A DNA stretch of 64,000 bases, from positions 1,208,708 to 1,272,707 of the forward strand of contig NMRA01000052.1 of NCBI GenBank assembly GCA_002633005.1, read 5' to 3'. This document shows, one piece after another, positions 1 through 13,500 of this stretch. The position numbers were made by a program, and so were the translations under genes. The stretch comes from Phoronis australis. Lineage: Eukaryota > Animalia > Phoronida. The notes below the pieces were generated by a model, which made no database searches, was not told the origin of the DNA, and was given only the letters and a program-made list of their open reading frames with translations. Position 1 is the first letter of the stretch. Each line of letters begins with the position of its first letter.

Positions 1-245
1 TTACACATCGGTTGGTGCAAGCCCAATCTCAATAGGCAACTGACACACCACAGGTTGTCATTGTTGGTCTAGTTCATTATCACTCCCTGTAACTGACTGT
101 ATCTGTGCTTCATTACTTGTTGCTTGCGGCCACTGTATTCTCACTTCTGAAGATGGTGTTGAATAAATGACACCGAAACATGCCAGTCAAGTCTTAAAAC
201 CGTTGTTGTTTTCTTTAATATATGCTGCTACTTGCTATCATGGAA
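1..245 (+). mobile_element. 3' end of a Penelope-like retroelement (GIY-YIG C-terminus plus 3' repeat with a hammerhead motif)
   Basis: Frame 1 reads LHIGWCKPNLNRQLTHHRLSLLV*, a typical PLE GIY-YIG C-terminus. The segment aligns by eye with the copy at 52842-53092. Confidence 0.85.
143..192 (+). ncRNA. Degenerate minimal hammerhead ribozyme
   Basis: ACTT-CTGAAGA-T-GGTGTT/GACACC-GAAA-CATGCCAGTC-AAGT. Core and stems I and II are intact, but stem III has 4 extra nt relative to the GAAACATGTC copies. Confidence 0.65.
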
Positions 246-390
246 CTCCATATAGAAGTTGTTTACTTTATTCGAGATACGAGAATGGTCTCTCCTGAGG
301 TGTGCATGCGTGAATGAATGAATATACTCATTTGTTTGTCTGTTTTTGTACTTGTTTATAAACGATAATAAATACCTGGAAAAAATTCCG
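246..390. repeat. Interspersed repeat, with an inverted second copy at ~17360-17500
   Basis: The reverse complement matches the 17360-17500 copy, e.g. ctcaggagagaccattctcgtatc and aaacaagtacaaaaa. Confidence 0.75.
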
Positions 391-1000
391 AATATATTGT
401 TCCAGTTTCAAACAGCGGAGTTCGACCGCTTCACTCGAGCAATCGGGATTTATTGTCAAACGTCGAAGCCGGACGAAAATTTTGTTGTTCAAAGGAAGAG
501 GTTGTGAAAGTAGCGCCATTGTTTGAATTGTTCGCACGCCATTAAAACTTGAGATCAATATCGCCTTCTAAAGTAGACGCCGTTAGCAATACTTAAACAG
601 CTGAGTTCAATGATGGTCGTATCATACATTTTACGCCTACCAGCTGAGTTTATTTTTACATAAAATTTGATTTTCTACTTTTTCGAATGAGCGTCCATCC
701 TAAGTACTGTGAGGGTATGAAGGATAAATGTCATTCAATGGATGTTATTTATTCTTTATGTCCTCATCAACACGACCTGAGGACGCAAAGCAAAACCGTC
801 CATTCCAATTGTCGTCCGTCCCTCCCATTGTTTTGGTTCCTCTTATACGACTCCATTCCATCACAATCCGAGATTCATATCGAATAAAAAAAAGCCTGGC
901 AATAATCATCAAAATGATTATGAGAAATATATCATCAATAAAACTTCAAAATTCTCAAAATATTGTACCTTCCAAAAGTACGGAATGTGAATCATTTCAG

Positions 1001-4000
1001 GTGTTTCAAAGACGACTTAACGGCTCTCAGGACTTTTCCCTCTCCTGGAATGACTACAAACAAGGATTCGGTTCAGCTTACCACGATTTTGTTTGCCTAG
1101 TAAAAAATCGGCCTGTCTAAAACTTTCAACCACATGACACAACTTTTGTAAAAACACCCTTGTGCAATGTAACTCAGTAACTCTTCGTTAATAGTTTTAT
1201 TTTAAACTGAACAATTATAAATTGCACTCAGCTTTCGTAACAACTGTTGAGTCGTGTATCCGCCGTCTCTAAACAGATTATTGTAAAATTTAGTTAGTGG
1301 TTAGATATTGACGAGCATCGTCCCTAGATTTACACCCGTTTCTTACTCCTTATTACCGTTGGCCCGAGATATTTGACATTTAGTGATCAGATGACATCAT
1401 TTATTGACTGTCCCCGGACCACGAGGCATATTCGTTGTTTTATCATAGCGTGCTGCAGGTTGTAATTTTCGTCCGATCAATATACAATTCAATTCATATA
1501 CTGTATCGGTGATTAAGATCTTCAAGCAAGAAGCTGACTCATTTGCCATAGATAAAGACACATCAAGAGAAAAAAAGTCTACATACCAGCGTGTTGATCC
1601 AACTCTGTTGAATTGATTTGTTGGAATAATCATTGTAGGTAATGATGAACTTCATTGCGTCACCAACAGATCAACTGTTTACGAACTTAGGATTGACCTG
1701 GAAGACTTCGAAAACACCACGGTTTTCGCGCTCTACAGAGAGTTTCGTGTGGCTGACGAGGACCACAAGTATCGGGTAACTGTTAACGGGTATAACGAGA
1801 ACAGCACCTCAGGTTAGAAGTTATAAAACCTGGTTGAATAAACTTTTAAAGCCATCTCCGCTACGTCAAAAATCAGATTTTATCGACGCCACTTACCGTT
1901 GCCACGAAATTGATCTCAAATTGCTTTGTAGTCAAATTACAGGTGATTCCTTACCTCCAGAAGAACTGACATTTCGTTATTGGATTTTCAGCGCGATCAA
2001 CAAGTTCGGACTTGTCACGGCGGGCCATTTTATTAACTAGACATGGCCTCGAAGAATAACGCGCAGTGTAAAGTTAAAGCTACTAGTCCCAAAATCACTT
2101 CTCACCTCAGTAAGGAACAGATCGAAGTCACTGCATAGGGGTGTGGTCTAAATCAGTGTTCGTGGTCATGTCCCAAAACCACGATAACTCGGCTGGTGGG
2201 TCTGTAGTGGGGGTCAATCCTCCTTCTGTGTGTCATTGCATCTTCCTTTCCTCAACAGGCCCGCAGGAAAATTTGATTAACATTATTGGAGGAACACAAT
2301 CCAATTTGACTTCGCCAAATTTTATCCCCCTTTAAATCGCCGCCACCTCCGACCGACACCCTCCTTCCTATTCCCCGGATGACGGCAATTTGTTACTGAC
2401 ATTCACGCCCACCATAGGTGAGGGGCAAACTCCAGTGTGACAGAACTTAAGTTACCACGTTTCGAAAAAGTTCGCGGAGATTGAGAATGAAGGCTAGCGC
2501 AGATGGATAGCTAGGAGCTGGACTGTCTTCCTCAGTCAGATGAACTATAGCTTAAGTTGACAGCTCGTGGCAACTGATGGTGTAAAAGTACGAGTTGAAT
2601 CAAGTGCATAGGCTAGCCGCTGGTCAGCTCTGTTACGATTAACTGGAGACTGGCTACTCAACTCGTTACTAACCGTCTGCGCTAGCCCTAAGGTCACAAT
2701 TCATTATTGTCCAGTTAGTGGAATTTCATTTGATCTGGGCCATACTTCTAATTAAAGATATGAGATTTCGCGATACCTGGTACACTGCCTTTGGGGCTGT
2801 TTCAAATTTGAGACGAGACATCCCATAGGATTTGGTAGAACCCCCCAAAAATTTCTGAATTTATTCGTGCTAACGTGCATTTTCGGTTCAATCCAGAGGT
2901 TAAACTTGAACTAAAATATTAGCTGAAATCTTTTTTTTATGATTGCCAGTACATGTACAGTACAATGAGACCTTTTCCCGTTAGATAAGTAAATCTGTAC
3001 ATACACGGTCATCAAAAATCGTACCCGGACAGTCTGTTCGGCATGTGCGAGGTTCTTACAAACAACTCCTATTCACTATCTTCAAAAGAACTTGATGTGT
3101 AAATGATAAGTAAAATTGTATATCTGTTTGCGTGTGGGTATAGGCCGTGTACTGATGTGTGGGTCTTAAATTTCGTTTTTCATCAACAGTTTGTAAATTA
3201 GCTAATGTATAAACGATTTATCGCCATTTGAACTGTGAGAACATTTTGATAGGCAAACATCGTTCAGTTTACTTTGCTATTTGGGGATCTGATGATTGAT
3301 CGAACTTTCCCAAATGTCAGCTTTCAACTCAGGTCAGTGAAGCATTTGCCATTTCTTACAAAATTAGCTTCTAATTGTCAAAAAATCATCTTTCAATCAG
3401 TCGATTTTCGTATATACATAAACTTATAATTAATCAGAAGCCAACAATCGATCGAGCAATGTGTTTCTTTGATTTAATGACTTAATTCCGTATTGATCTC
3501 CTGTTTGTGAGTTCAAACGACAAATCTTGTACCTTATTGAAAAAGCAATATCATTTGAATTGTGATTATATTTATTGGGAACACTCCGAATTTCAGCATT
3601 GTCTTTGAGGGATATTTTAGATAAGAAAAAATGGCCTAAGTGTACTTTACTATTTGGAGATCGGATTATAGAGTTTTCCAACTTCAGGCTGCAAGTAAAT
3701 TCGCTGAAACATCATCAATTCGTACAAGATTAACTTTAAATAACCAAAAATAATCAACCTGTTGATTTTCATAGATACATAAACACGTAAATCAGAAACC
3801 AACGAATTTGTTTATGAATACGGAATGCAATAAGAAATTTCAGCAGGCATGCTCGCAGATTTTGACGGATGACCAGGGGAACATGGGAGATGGGGCATTC
3901 GAATTAACATGTATTTTTTGCTCATTTCAGAGGTATCTACATGTATAATGGTAAACGATTTAAACTTGAACTCCAAAAAACCCCAGAAATCTGTGTTTAT

Positions 4001-5477
4001 GATTGTAAGTAGTTAGTACTTGGAGTACCCCCGTTCGACATGTACACGATTATCCCATATCGTAGCCCTTACAGTATTTTCAACAAGACTTGTGCAAATT
4101 CCTTACAAACAACTCCTAGAAACGATTTTCAAAAAGTACTACTATTGTGTTACTTTGTCCCCGAGTCTCACATGAATGTCATCAATGGCCCTCTTCAAGC
4201 GTCGGGTCCCTAAATATGAAAAGATATATATTTTCAAAGATCAGGAAATGCGCAGCAATTGATGTTATCTGTCACGTCATCAATTTTTCTTAATTGATAC
4301 AAAATTTTGAGAAAAAATAGAGCAACAGTTGTCTCCGTTATTCCTTGCCAGAGGGGAGCGTCTGGAAAAATATAGTTTTACGTTCGCAAGATTGCCTTGT
4401 TCATGTTGAACTTAAGTTTTCTCAATTTTTTTGAAATACGTATTTGAATTATTAAGTGCAAATTTTGAAGTGCATTTAGACGACCTATGCTGCGAAAAAC
4501 AGAGATCCTAACAATGTCCTGGCCAGGGCCCTCAAACGGTGCACTGATACTGAGGTGTCAAATGTTCTCCTGAATTTTCGCTCTTATCCGTATTCGCAGT
4601 CTTCCTTTTCTCAACTGTCCGCGGCCCCCCACGCCTATGTCGGTTGACAAGTTAACCCTGTCGCCTGCAAATTTTTTGAGGGCACGTGCCCCCCCGCCCG
4701 GCCACTTCCTACGACCCTGTAAACAGTGAGTTTCCGTCATTGATGATTTGTAAAATGGAGTCTTTAGAATAGGATTTTTGAAGCGATAGTAACAAAAAGT
4801 TTCTAAAGAGATCTGTCGAACGAGAATTCATTTGGTCTGTTATTTCGGTTGTGATAACAAATGGAACTGTTTTGAAAGTAATGTAAAAGTTAGTTAAGTA
4901 AACAGTAATATATTTTCAAGCAGGGTATATTAAGAGTGTATTCAAGCCATAGGCGGATTTAGGGGGGGGGGGGGGGNNNNGGCGTGGTGATTCTTTATTA
5001 TCAAGTCGAAGTAGCTGGCCTACTTTTCAATAAAACAGTTAATATTCAGTTGAAAACACGGCAACATTTCTCGACAGTCAAGCTTCTAGCAAATGCTCCT
5101 TAATTTGCTAAAATTATTTTACATACTGGAGCCAGATATAGCCGCAGGTATACATACAGTTGGCATAAATACGACCACATGCCGTAGTGTTTTCTATTGT
5201 ACTTCCAGGGGATTCCTTCAGCTTTCATAACGGGAAATACTTTTCAACAAAGGACGTGGATAACGATAATAACCGAAATAATTGCGGTCTGATGTTTAAA
5301 GGCGGATGGTGGTACGGTGATCCTTGTCATGAAGCCAATTTGAATGGTTTGTACTTGTCAGGAAATAACAACCAAGTGGGAGAAAGTGTGATTTGGTATC
5401 ATTTCAGAGGTCAGTACTACTCCTTGCGAAAAACAGAGATGAAAATTCGACCAGTTGGCTTCAACAGTAAAAAATAA
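1001..5477 (+). CDS. Fibrinogen-related domain (FReD; ficolin/tenascin/angiopoietin-like) protein, last three exons; 5' exons not found in the window
   Basis: Exons 1001-~1099 (VFQRRLNGSQDFSLSWNDYKQGFG), 1639-1812 (NDELHCVT..YELRIDLEDFENTTVFALYREFRVADEDHKYRV) and 5209-5477 (GDSFSFHNGKYFSTKDVDND..CGLMFKGGWWY..CHEANLNG..WYHFRGQYYSLRKTEMKIRP). The phase-1 junction 1812/5209 is clean. The donor after the first exon is anomalous (see findings). Confidence 0.9.
2491..2688. mobile_element. MITE, PIF/Harbinger-like
   Basis: Imperfect TIRs AGGCTAGCGCAGATGGATAG / CTAACCGTCTGCGCTAGCCC, flanked by TGA/TAA (TWA-like TSD). Confidence 0.6.
2830..4140. repeat. Diverged direct duplication (~2850-3090 vs ~3900-4140) in the FReD intron
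   Basis: Shared blocks cagagg..taaacttgaact..tttatgattg and cttacaaacaactccta..ttcaaaa. Confidence 0.55.
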
Positions 5478-5939
5478 CCCAGTGCTTCAGTAGCATAAGC
5501 GAACATTTTGAGGATTTTATGGGGCTAGAAATTTGAAATGAGATTTCAAATTAAAATGAGACTGAGATTTTCAAAGATCCCTTAATACATACCAGCTTTT
5601 AAGCAGGGCCATGCGAAATGCGTTTGGCGATCTTGTTTTGGGTGTGTATTCCTACGCACTTACCCATATGAGATGTACATGTACATGTACATGTATTACT
5701 CAGAATGCTGCACGCTAACAGCAACACCTGTGCCTAGTACTTCTACGATCAACATACTCAGTTCAGAACTTGATTATGTATTCAGTATGTCATTGTATAA
5801 AGAAATAACAAAATCGAATACTGGAATGAGGGATGTCTCAAAACTTTCTTGCTTATAGTGTGAATGTATGTTTTAGGTACAGTAGTTAAAATAGTTCTCA
5901 TGTCATGTACCTGTTTCAACATATTCGGAAATGTATCTT

Positions 5940-6265
5940 GTATCAGGTGTGTTTAAATTAATAAATTATTTATTCAAATATTTACTTGAAATATTACTTT
6001 TTAATATATCAATATCTTTAACTCCATCTAATTTACATAATCTTAAAGGCGTGCTCCTACTTACTTTCCATTAAAAAATGCATTAATTGACATTCCTGCA
6101 TACCATGGCGGCTGTATTAACATGTATCAATTTAATGGGTGTATCAGGTGTATGTGTACTTGAAATACTAGTTTTTAATATATCCATATATTCAAAATGT
6201 CTATTTACATAATCGTATAGGCGTACTTCGACTTACTTTCCATAATGGTTTAATTGAAATTCTGC
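5940..6265. repeat. Diverged tandem duplication downstream of FReD
   Basis: gtatcaggtgt..tacttgaaata..ttttaatatatc..tttacataatc..aggcgt..acttactttccat occurs twice. Confidence 0.65.
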
Positions 6266-7550
6266 TTATTTCTCATGTGTTATATTTCAAGTTCTCTAGC
6301 TGACCTTTGGCTTTCACACAGAAAAAAATACAGTGAATGTGCTTGGAGGAGCAACACCTGGCGAAATTGAATGAAAAGATGACAATGGAGATGATGATGA
6401 TTGTGGTGATGATTGACATGATGATAACAATCATATGACGAATGACGGTGTCATCTTGAATCCAATCCTGAGGAAAAACAATAGGCATCCAGCTATTCGG
6501 GAACTAGAAGTTGAGTGTGAATTTCAAGCAAATCGAATGAAAAATGCGACCTGTAGTGTGGAACAAACAAACAAAAAACAAACTTGATGTCAAAGCAACA
6601 TATTTGGTGAAAAATTTTCGACAAGTAACAAATACTGGAACTACACTTATCTAGTGTTGTTACAAGTAAGCTGTTAGCACACTTTTAGCGAGGTTGCCGC
6701 GGTATCCCAGTGACTTCAGCTTGGCTACTGATATAATGACGTGCCTGACCAAAAGGTGGCGTCTTGCAGACATAACTACACTAAAAGTGAATTGACAGTT
6801 CCAGTATTTGCTTTAAATTGATCGCTTCTGTATCACCTCAACATGGATGCTCAAAATTGTTATGCTTTGGTATTATCATTAGGAAATCTTTAATCATTAC
6901 CTTCATACTTCATTGTATTGTACAATGTATTTTAACGAGGATACTTAATAAAGTTAACGTATTTCTCTCCATGTACCTCGGTCTCTCTTCTGTGAACTTC
7001 ACAGGTAATTTAACTGATAGAGGCGACAGGTACATGTCTCAGCTGAATTGTATCTTGGAAATATGGAAAAAATACTCCATTTCTAAGCACTGACACATTT
7101 TCTACACCTATTTGCTGAACTGTTCGTAGTTTTCGCACCCAATCACATAGCAAACGTTTTCCTGCAGTGAACTTTGATTGACAGCACAGGTTTAAATTTA
7201 TGGATCACTTACAACATCTTCAAAGTTGGCATTTCAGCAAGTTTTTAGAATCAGAAATGTGTTTTTTACAATGTAATTCTCGCAAAACCAATGCTTGGAC
7301 AATAGATGAAGATGACATAATTCTATCACACATGTGGGACCACGCCTGTGAGGTGTCTTTCGAGTTGGTTAGCACGTGATCCCACAGGAGATCAACCCAC
7401 TCCATTACTCAGCCAACCGACAGCCCTGTGATAGGGCTGCAATGAGTTTGACCATGAACACACAGTGTACACATCAAGTGATTCACTTATTCTCGTCATG
7501 ACTCACCCTTAAAACCTAGACACAAACAGGTTGAAAAAACAAGCTGACCC

Positions 7551-10500
7551 TTACACTTTCTGTTTCTTAATCTGTTTTTCTTGATGGAACTGTGTTTTTG
7601 CTTTCACCGATTTAACAAGTGACAACAGCGAGGCATCCTTCGCGGTGTTTCTCCAAGTGTCTGCATGGCCACCATTTCCTGAATCAGCAGTAACGTTTTT
7701 CTTACTACTTTTCTCCTTGCTTCTCTTAACCTTTTCTTCCAATATGACCTCCATGGCCTTAGTCTTCTTGAACTCAGCTGACGATGGGTCTATGTTAAAC
7801 AGATGAGAACTGTAGAGAGCCTCAAATCGTGGATCCTTGGTATCAACCTGTGAAGACGAACAGCGTCACATTAAGGTTTCTCAGTCCCTAACCTATGAGA
7901 AGTCTGGGGGGCTGTGGTAATTTAGGCTCACACGTTGCCCAAAATTTCTGAAGTACTCTCCCATTTGCTGCAGTATTCAAGTTGCATGGCCACCCCAACT
8001 TTTAAAAGTACCCCCAGTTGTCGCAACTGCCATCTTCTTAGTTACAGTTTTCAATCCCCCTAAGTCACCAGGACTTAATTTTACTAGGACAGGCCCTTGA
8101 TTTGTGCCCAGGCTAATTATGATATAGCAGTGAGCATTCGGAAATACCTAGAGATGAGACGTGCTGAAAATAGGCAGGCACCCCTTGTTAGAGAAAAGTA
8201 ATGTTATAACTGCAAACACAAAGTTACCTTGAAGCATTACGTAGAAATATTCTTAAGTATGATATAACTTCACAAAACAATCATCTATGCAATTCAAAAT
8301 ATGAGATCCAGACAAGTTCAGTCAGACAGTGCCATGCTCAATGTATTTATTATTCATAAAAAATTTGGACCAAAACCAGAAATGGAGACAAAACATACTG
8401 AAAACCCAATTTGCAACCACAATGTGATTGAAAATACCGCTTCTTAGACACAAAAACTTGCAAGTTCAATGGCGCAATGGAAGAAATCAAGAATTGTTAA
8501 AACTGTTCACTAATTGAAACTTAAGAATTATTTCTTCCAGCATGTATCAAAATCATAAATGTCCTTACATGACAGTTATACTGATTGTGCACGAAGCTTG
8601 TGCCAAAGGAATACAATTTTAAATATTTCACATGTCATTAATACTCTAAGACAGAGGACATGCGAATGAATATAAAAATAAATGTCAAACCTTAAATGAA
8701 TCCTCCTGAGTGGACTCTTCTACTAGTTTCCGTTTCTTGTGTTTCTTTTTCTTCTTCAGTGATGCTCCACGTTCCTTCTCCATGATGGACTTGAGGTTGA
8801 AGTGTTGTTTGCCGTCATCTTCATCTTCCATTAACATCACCAGCTCAGCCTGCATATTAACCACATACAGCAAAGCTCATGAAACTTTGTCAAATAATGC
8901 TAATAAGATGCAGGATGCGAGTTTGGAAAATAACATGGATCAATTCAAATTAAACCATTTTTAATATTGTATATCCAAATGAATCGTGATCTCCAGGCAC
9001 AAAAAAATCCCCAACGCCACGTGTCCTCAAACAATAATCAGTGACCCCAGAAAAGTTTGAAATATTGGCAACCAAATGCCAATGGCCTCAATGTGTTAGT
9101 GGCAATATTCAAAACATAGTAATAACCAATAAAGATCGTAAGGTAAAAATCCAGGTATTCAGCCACTCAGTGCTATCCAATTCATGGGCATGAGTGTAAA
9201 ACATCATTGAACCATCAACAGCTGCAATTCTCACCTATTGATTACATTGGAGTATTGCCACTGACAAGATGTAACTGACATCAATAAAAAATAATTAAGT
9301 ACTAGCAAACAAATTCATGGAAATTGTAAATCCCTAATACAACCCCTTAAGCAACGTCTAATGTTGAGACACGATTGGTCTCGACTTTCTATGGATAAGA
9401 AAAGATTTCTGAGCTTGACAAGAACTGATAAATCCACGTTGTTGAAAACTGTAATCCTGACCAAACGTGGAAAAGGGATTGCTACTTAAAGCACTTGAAG
9501 CAATACAACTGGAAATAGTTAATTGAACAAATGCTAGATGGGGTTACTATCCCATGCAGAGACTAAAAAGTAGAAATCCCAGTGTTTGTAGTTTGCAAAG
9601 AAAATGTCTCACTACATCTGAATTGCCATATACTTTCTTCATTCCCAAAGCCTAAGCTTAAGGAATTGCTCAATGCACTTGTAAGGACTGAATCACCAGT
9701 CTGAAGTGATGACATAAGCAGAGTTAACATTAGCCAGTAATGGAGAATATGTCTGACTTTCACATGACATGCTAGAGATTTCACTGCGAACATTGTGAGT
9801 TGTGTCACATTGGGTGGGTGCAGGTCGTCAAAGCCATCAACTTCCTGAGCTGTGACCTGGTGTCCACTGTGAGTCGTTATTTCCAACAATCAGAGTCCAC
9901 TTTATCACAACTTGTTAACGTCAGTTGGTATTTGACGTGCTCTCTAATTTTCATGTTTGGCGCCACGATTGGTGATTTGTCACTGACTGTACAGTGTTAA
10001 TAACTTTCAGTTTGATGATAGACTGAAGACCGGTTCAAGTCAATCACTGTTAATCTGGATCAAACATACATGAATCTACTCAAACAAAAACATCCAACGT
10101 ACTGCCTGTTCTAATGCCCCAGCCAGTGCTATGAAGACTCTCGGCTTGTGACAAACTCTTGTGTCACTTTGAGCAATTGCCACAATGGTTGACCGATTCA
10201 ATAACTTGCCGTCTCCTAAGCTGTCTCACTACTGATTCGGTAACAATAAACTCAGTCTGACACTGCTGATTCTGTAACTGATGACTTTGTGACTGCTAAT
10301 TCTGTGACTCAGTGACTGGCTCTCACTAACTTGTGTCTGAGTATTTAGAGTCTCTTGCAATGTTCTGGAATTTTTCACCAATTCAAGCATATTCAAAAAC
10401 TCTGGATTCAATTACAAATATATGGTTCAGTGACCAATATGCTAGAACCTACTAGAATGTTCTCAACTATTCTGTTGAAACAATTACATATCACAAGTTA

Positions 10501-13500
10501 AACTGATAAAGAACAATATAATCAATGTCACTTTCCTCCTTACATTGTGAGAGGAAAGCAATGACAGCAAAGTTAATGGCAGTCAATTAGAACAGCATTA
10601 GTGGCGGTGATGTGCAACATAGCCTCAGGTCTGCTAGAGCTGCTGTACCAGTGCGCACAGATTTGATGACGCTTATCAAGCCTGAGCCCATGGTGGCTGT
10701 GCAAAAAGTTGAGTAAGTATACTCGAGCAAAAGTGTATGAATGGTAAAGGGTAATGAACCATTAGTTTTGTGGGAAAATGCTTGAAGAAATATAGAATAT
10801 TACCGACCACAATACTGTAGCCAAAATGATGTCAAACGGAAGGATTCCACCGTTCACTCACTGGACACACTGGTTATGACATCCAAATTACTAAGGTGAC
10901 TTTTTCACCTCACAGACAGCATTTGAGCGTGAATTACAAGTAATGGATGGATGGCTGGACCTCCAAGATTGACGACAGTGTATAGTGTTAGGAATTAGTG
11001 ACTCAAATAATTTTATCAGCATTGAACATGGGATTTGTATTTTTATGAAGTGCTTTGGCACAGTTTAAATGACACCAAACAGGAAAGCAGACTTCCAGAG
11101 AACAGTCTTGTTGAAATCAAAATGAATATTTTGCCACATTTTTGTAGGGTGAAAATATCAAAATTCGACATTGCCCAATTGAGGTTGAGAACTACTTTTA
11201 GTTTTGCAACAATTCTACCTACCTTCCTTTGTTTGTCTTCTTCCGTTTCATCCATTTCTATCTTCTTTTTCTTCTTCTTGTTTGACTTTAAGGCATTATG
11301 TTCTGTAAGATTTACCAAATTAACACACACAAGTGTATACAAACAAGGGGTTAAGAATCATTCCACGAGAAAATTAAAAAAAATCAAAAAACTCTAGGGG
11401 TCATCGTTCAGATTCAGCTTAAACTTTGTGTACATAATTGTGGTGTGGCTCTACCAAAATCCACCAATTTTGCACTTATTGACCTCTTGATTTTTTACCT
11501 TCAGGCCTTCAAAAGTTTACAGAAAATGGAACATTTCAGCATGCTGGAAACAGCAATTTTCCACTATCAAAGAACTGGTAGATTGCATGCAATGAGAGGA
11601 AACACACAATGGGATCAGGAAGTGATAAGTAGGAAGTCCCACGAAAAATTGATACAAATAATTTTGCTGCAACCACCACATGACAGGGGAGATAAATCTA
11701 GAGGCACTTTTTGTATTGTTAAAGTGGGTATCACTCAAGTGCTTCTACAAGCCAGTTTGTGGGGCTGTGGACATGGAAAGATATGTTTAAGCATAGATCT
11801 TGGATGTGTGAACAACAAATTATTTGAAATCACCAGCACTCCGCAAACTGGCCCCCAGAGCACCTAAAAATGGCTAAGAATCAAAAATCAACACAAAGCT
11901 GGGCAAAATTTACCAAATTTTGGCACTCCAGTTAAAGGTTTTGAAAACCACTTTGGAAATGCAGATTATCTTCTGACAGAGAACCTCAATGTCTACATAA
12001 ACGTCTTAAAGGACTTTCCTTTAAAGCTGTTTTAGAACTACTTCACTAACTTAACCTTTCTGAACCAAACATTGGCTACTTAGAGCTAAAACATTCATGA
12101 TGCTTTAACTTAAGTATGGCCCAACAAATTGAAATAAACCTTTTGAACATATCTCGCCATGATGTACTAACACACATTTTTTCAAGATATGAGTCAGTGA
12201 CCCAAGAGTGAACCTTTTGGCGCTCTCGTAGAATGAGTGTTAAATATTAATGAGCACAGATTAACCTTTGAACACAAAGAGTAATTGAGAAATTACTAAA
12301 AACTCTATCAGTCATCACCTGCACGTACGTGATTATTGAAGAACATTTACAACTACCAAGTGTGAGCAGACTAGCCATTAATTCTAAATAGCAGTAATCT
12401 TGGCCAACAGAGAACAAAGAAACTCCATGCTATAAACCAAAACCACAACGATTACAAAAATAAGCGCAAAAATACCGAAGGATATCGCTTGACAAGCAAG
12501 ATTACCGGTGCAAGTAAAAATTAAACGCGATATGTTGGTCACATCACATGACGTATAGTTAAGTCTGAAAAGATGTCGGTCCCGACCAGGGCTCGAACCC
12601 TCAGGACAATTAAAGTTACCTGCAAGTTAGCGATAAGATGAACAAACAGCCATTATTGGAAGTTTGCAAAAACTGCTTCCAGTCGACAAAATTCTAAATT
12701 TACTTTTCAATTGCAACTATTACTGCTGTACACTATGCTGCCGTTCCAGGTTCTACTAAAATCTAGACCAAGCTTATTTTGTTGCCCTGATACCATACCT
12801 GAAGAAGCCAACTCCTCAGCAAAGTAGGGGTCATTGAGATCAACACCAGCAGGCATGTCGTCACTACCGTCATCAGCATCATTGACATCCTGGTCAAAAA
12901 TAATTCAAACAACTTCTCACATGGATCATGAGGCCGACCACCAAAGCTCACTGAATCAGCTTCTCATTACAAACAAAATGCCAAGACTATCTTTTTTCAA
13001 ATGAGACTTTCTTATTTAGTCTCAAAGTGAATAGAATGGTTCCACACTTTTTTATACCCAAAATATGCGGAAATTCCGCAAAAGACTCGGAAATTCCGCG
13101 AAATTTGCCTAATATTCCACACAGACTATGCGGAATTTCCACAATCAGGGCGTAATATTCAGCATGGCAAAAATTGAACTGCTAATTAAGAAAATACTAA
13201 TTGAGCAAATAAAAAAGTAACACTGTAAACATGTTCAGAGCAAGGTATAGATTTGTTTCATATCGTTTTTATGGCTTAAAGTAAATATAAAAAGAACGGA
13301 GCATTCCATCCACTTTGAGACTAAATAAGAATGTCTCATTTAAAAAAAGATTGCCTGATGAGTAAAAAATTTGCAAAAAGTTATTTGCTTCATAATTATT
13401 TTAAATCACCTTTAGCATCTTTACCAATTCAGAGCAAACCGATACAAGGTAAGGCAAATGAATAACGGCGTGTTAATTTACTAAAAATAGTATCCAAAAA

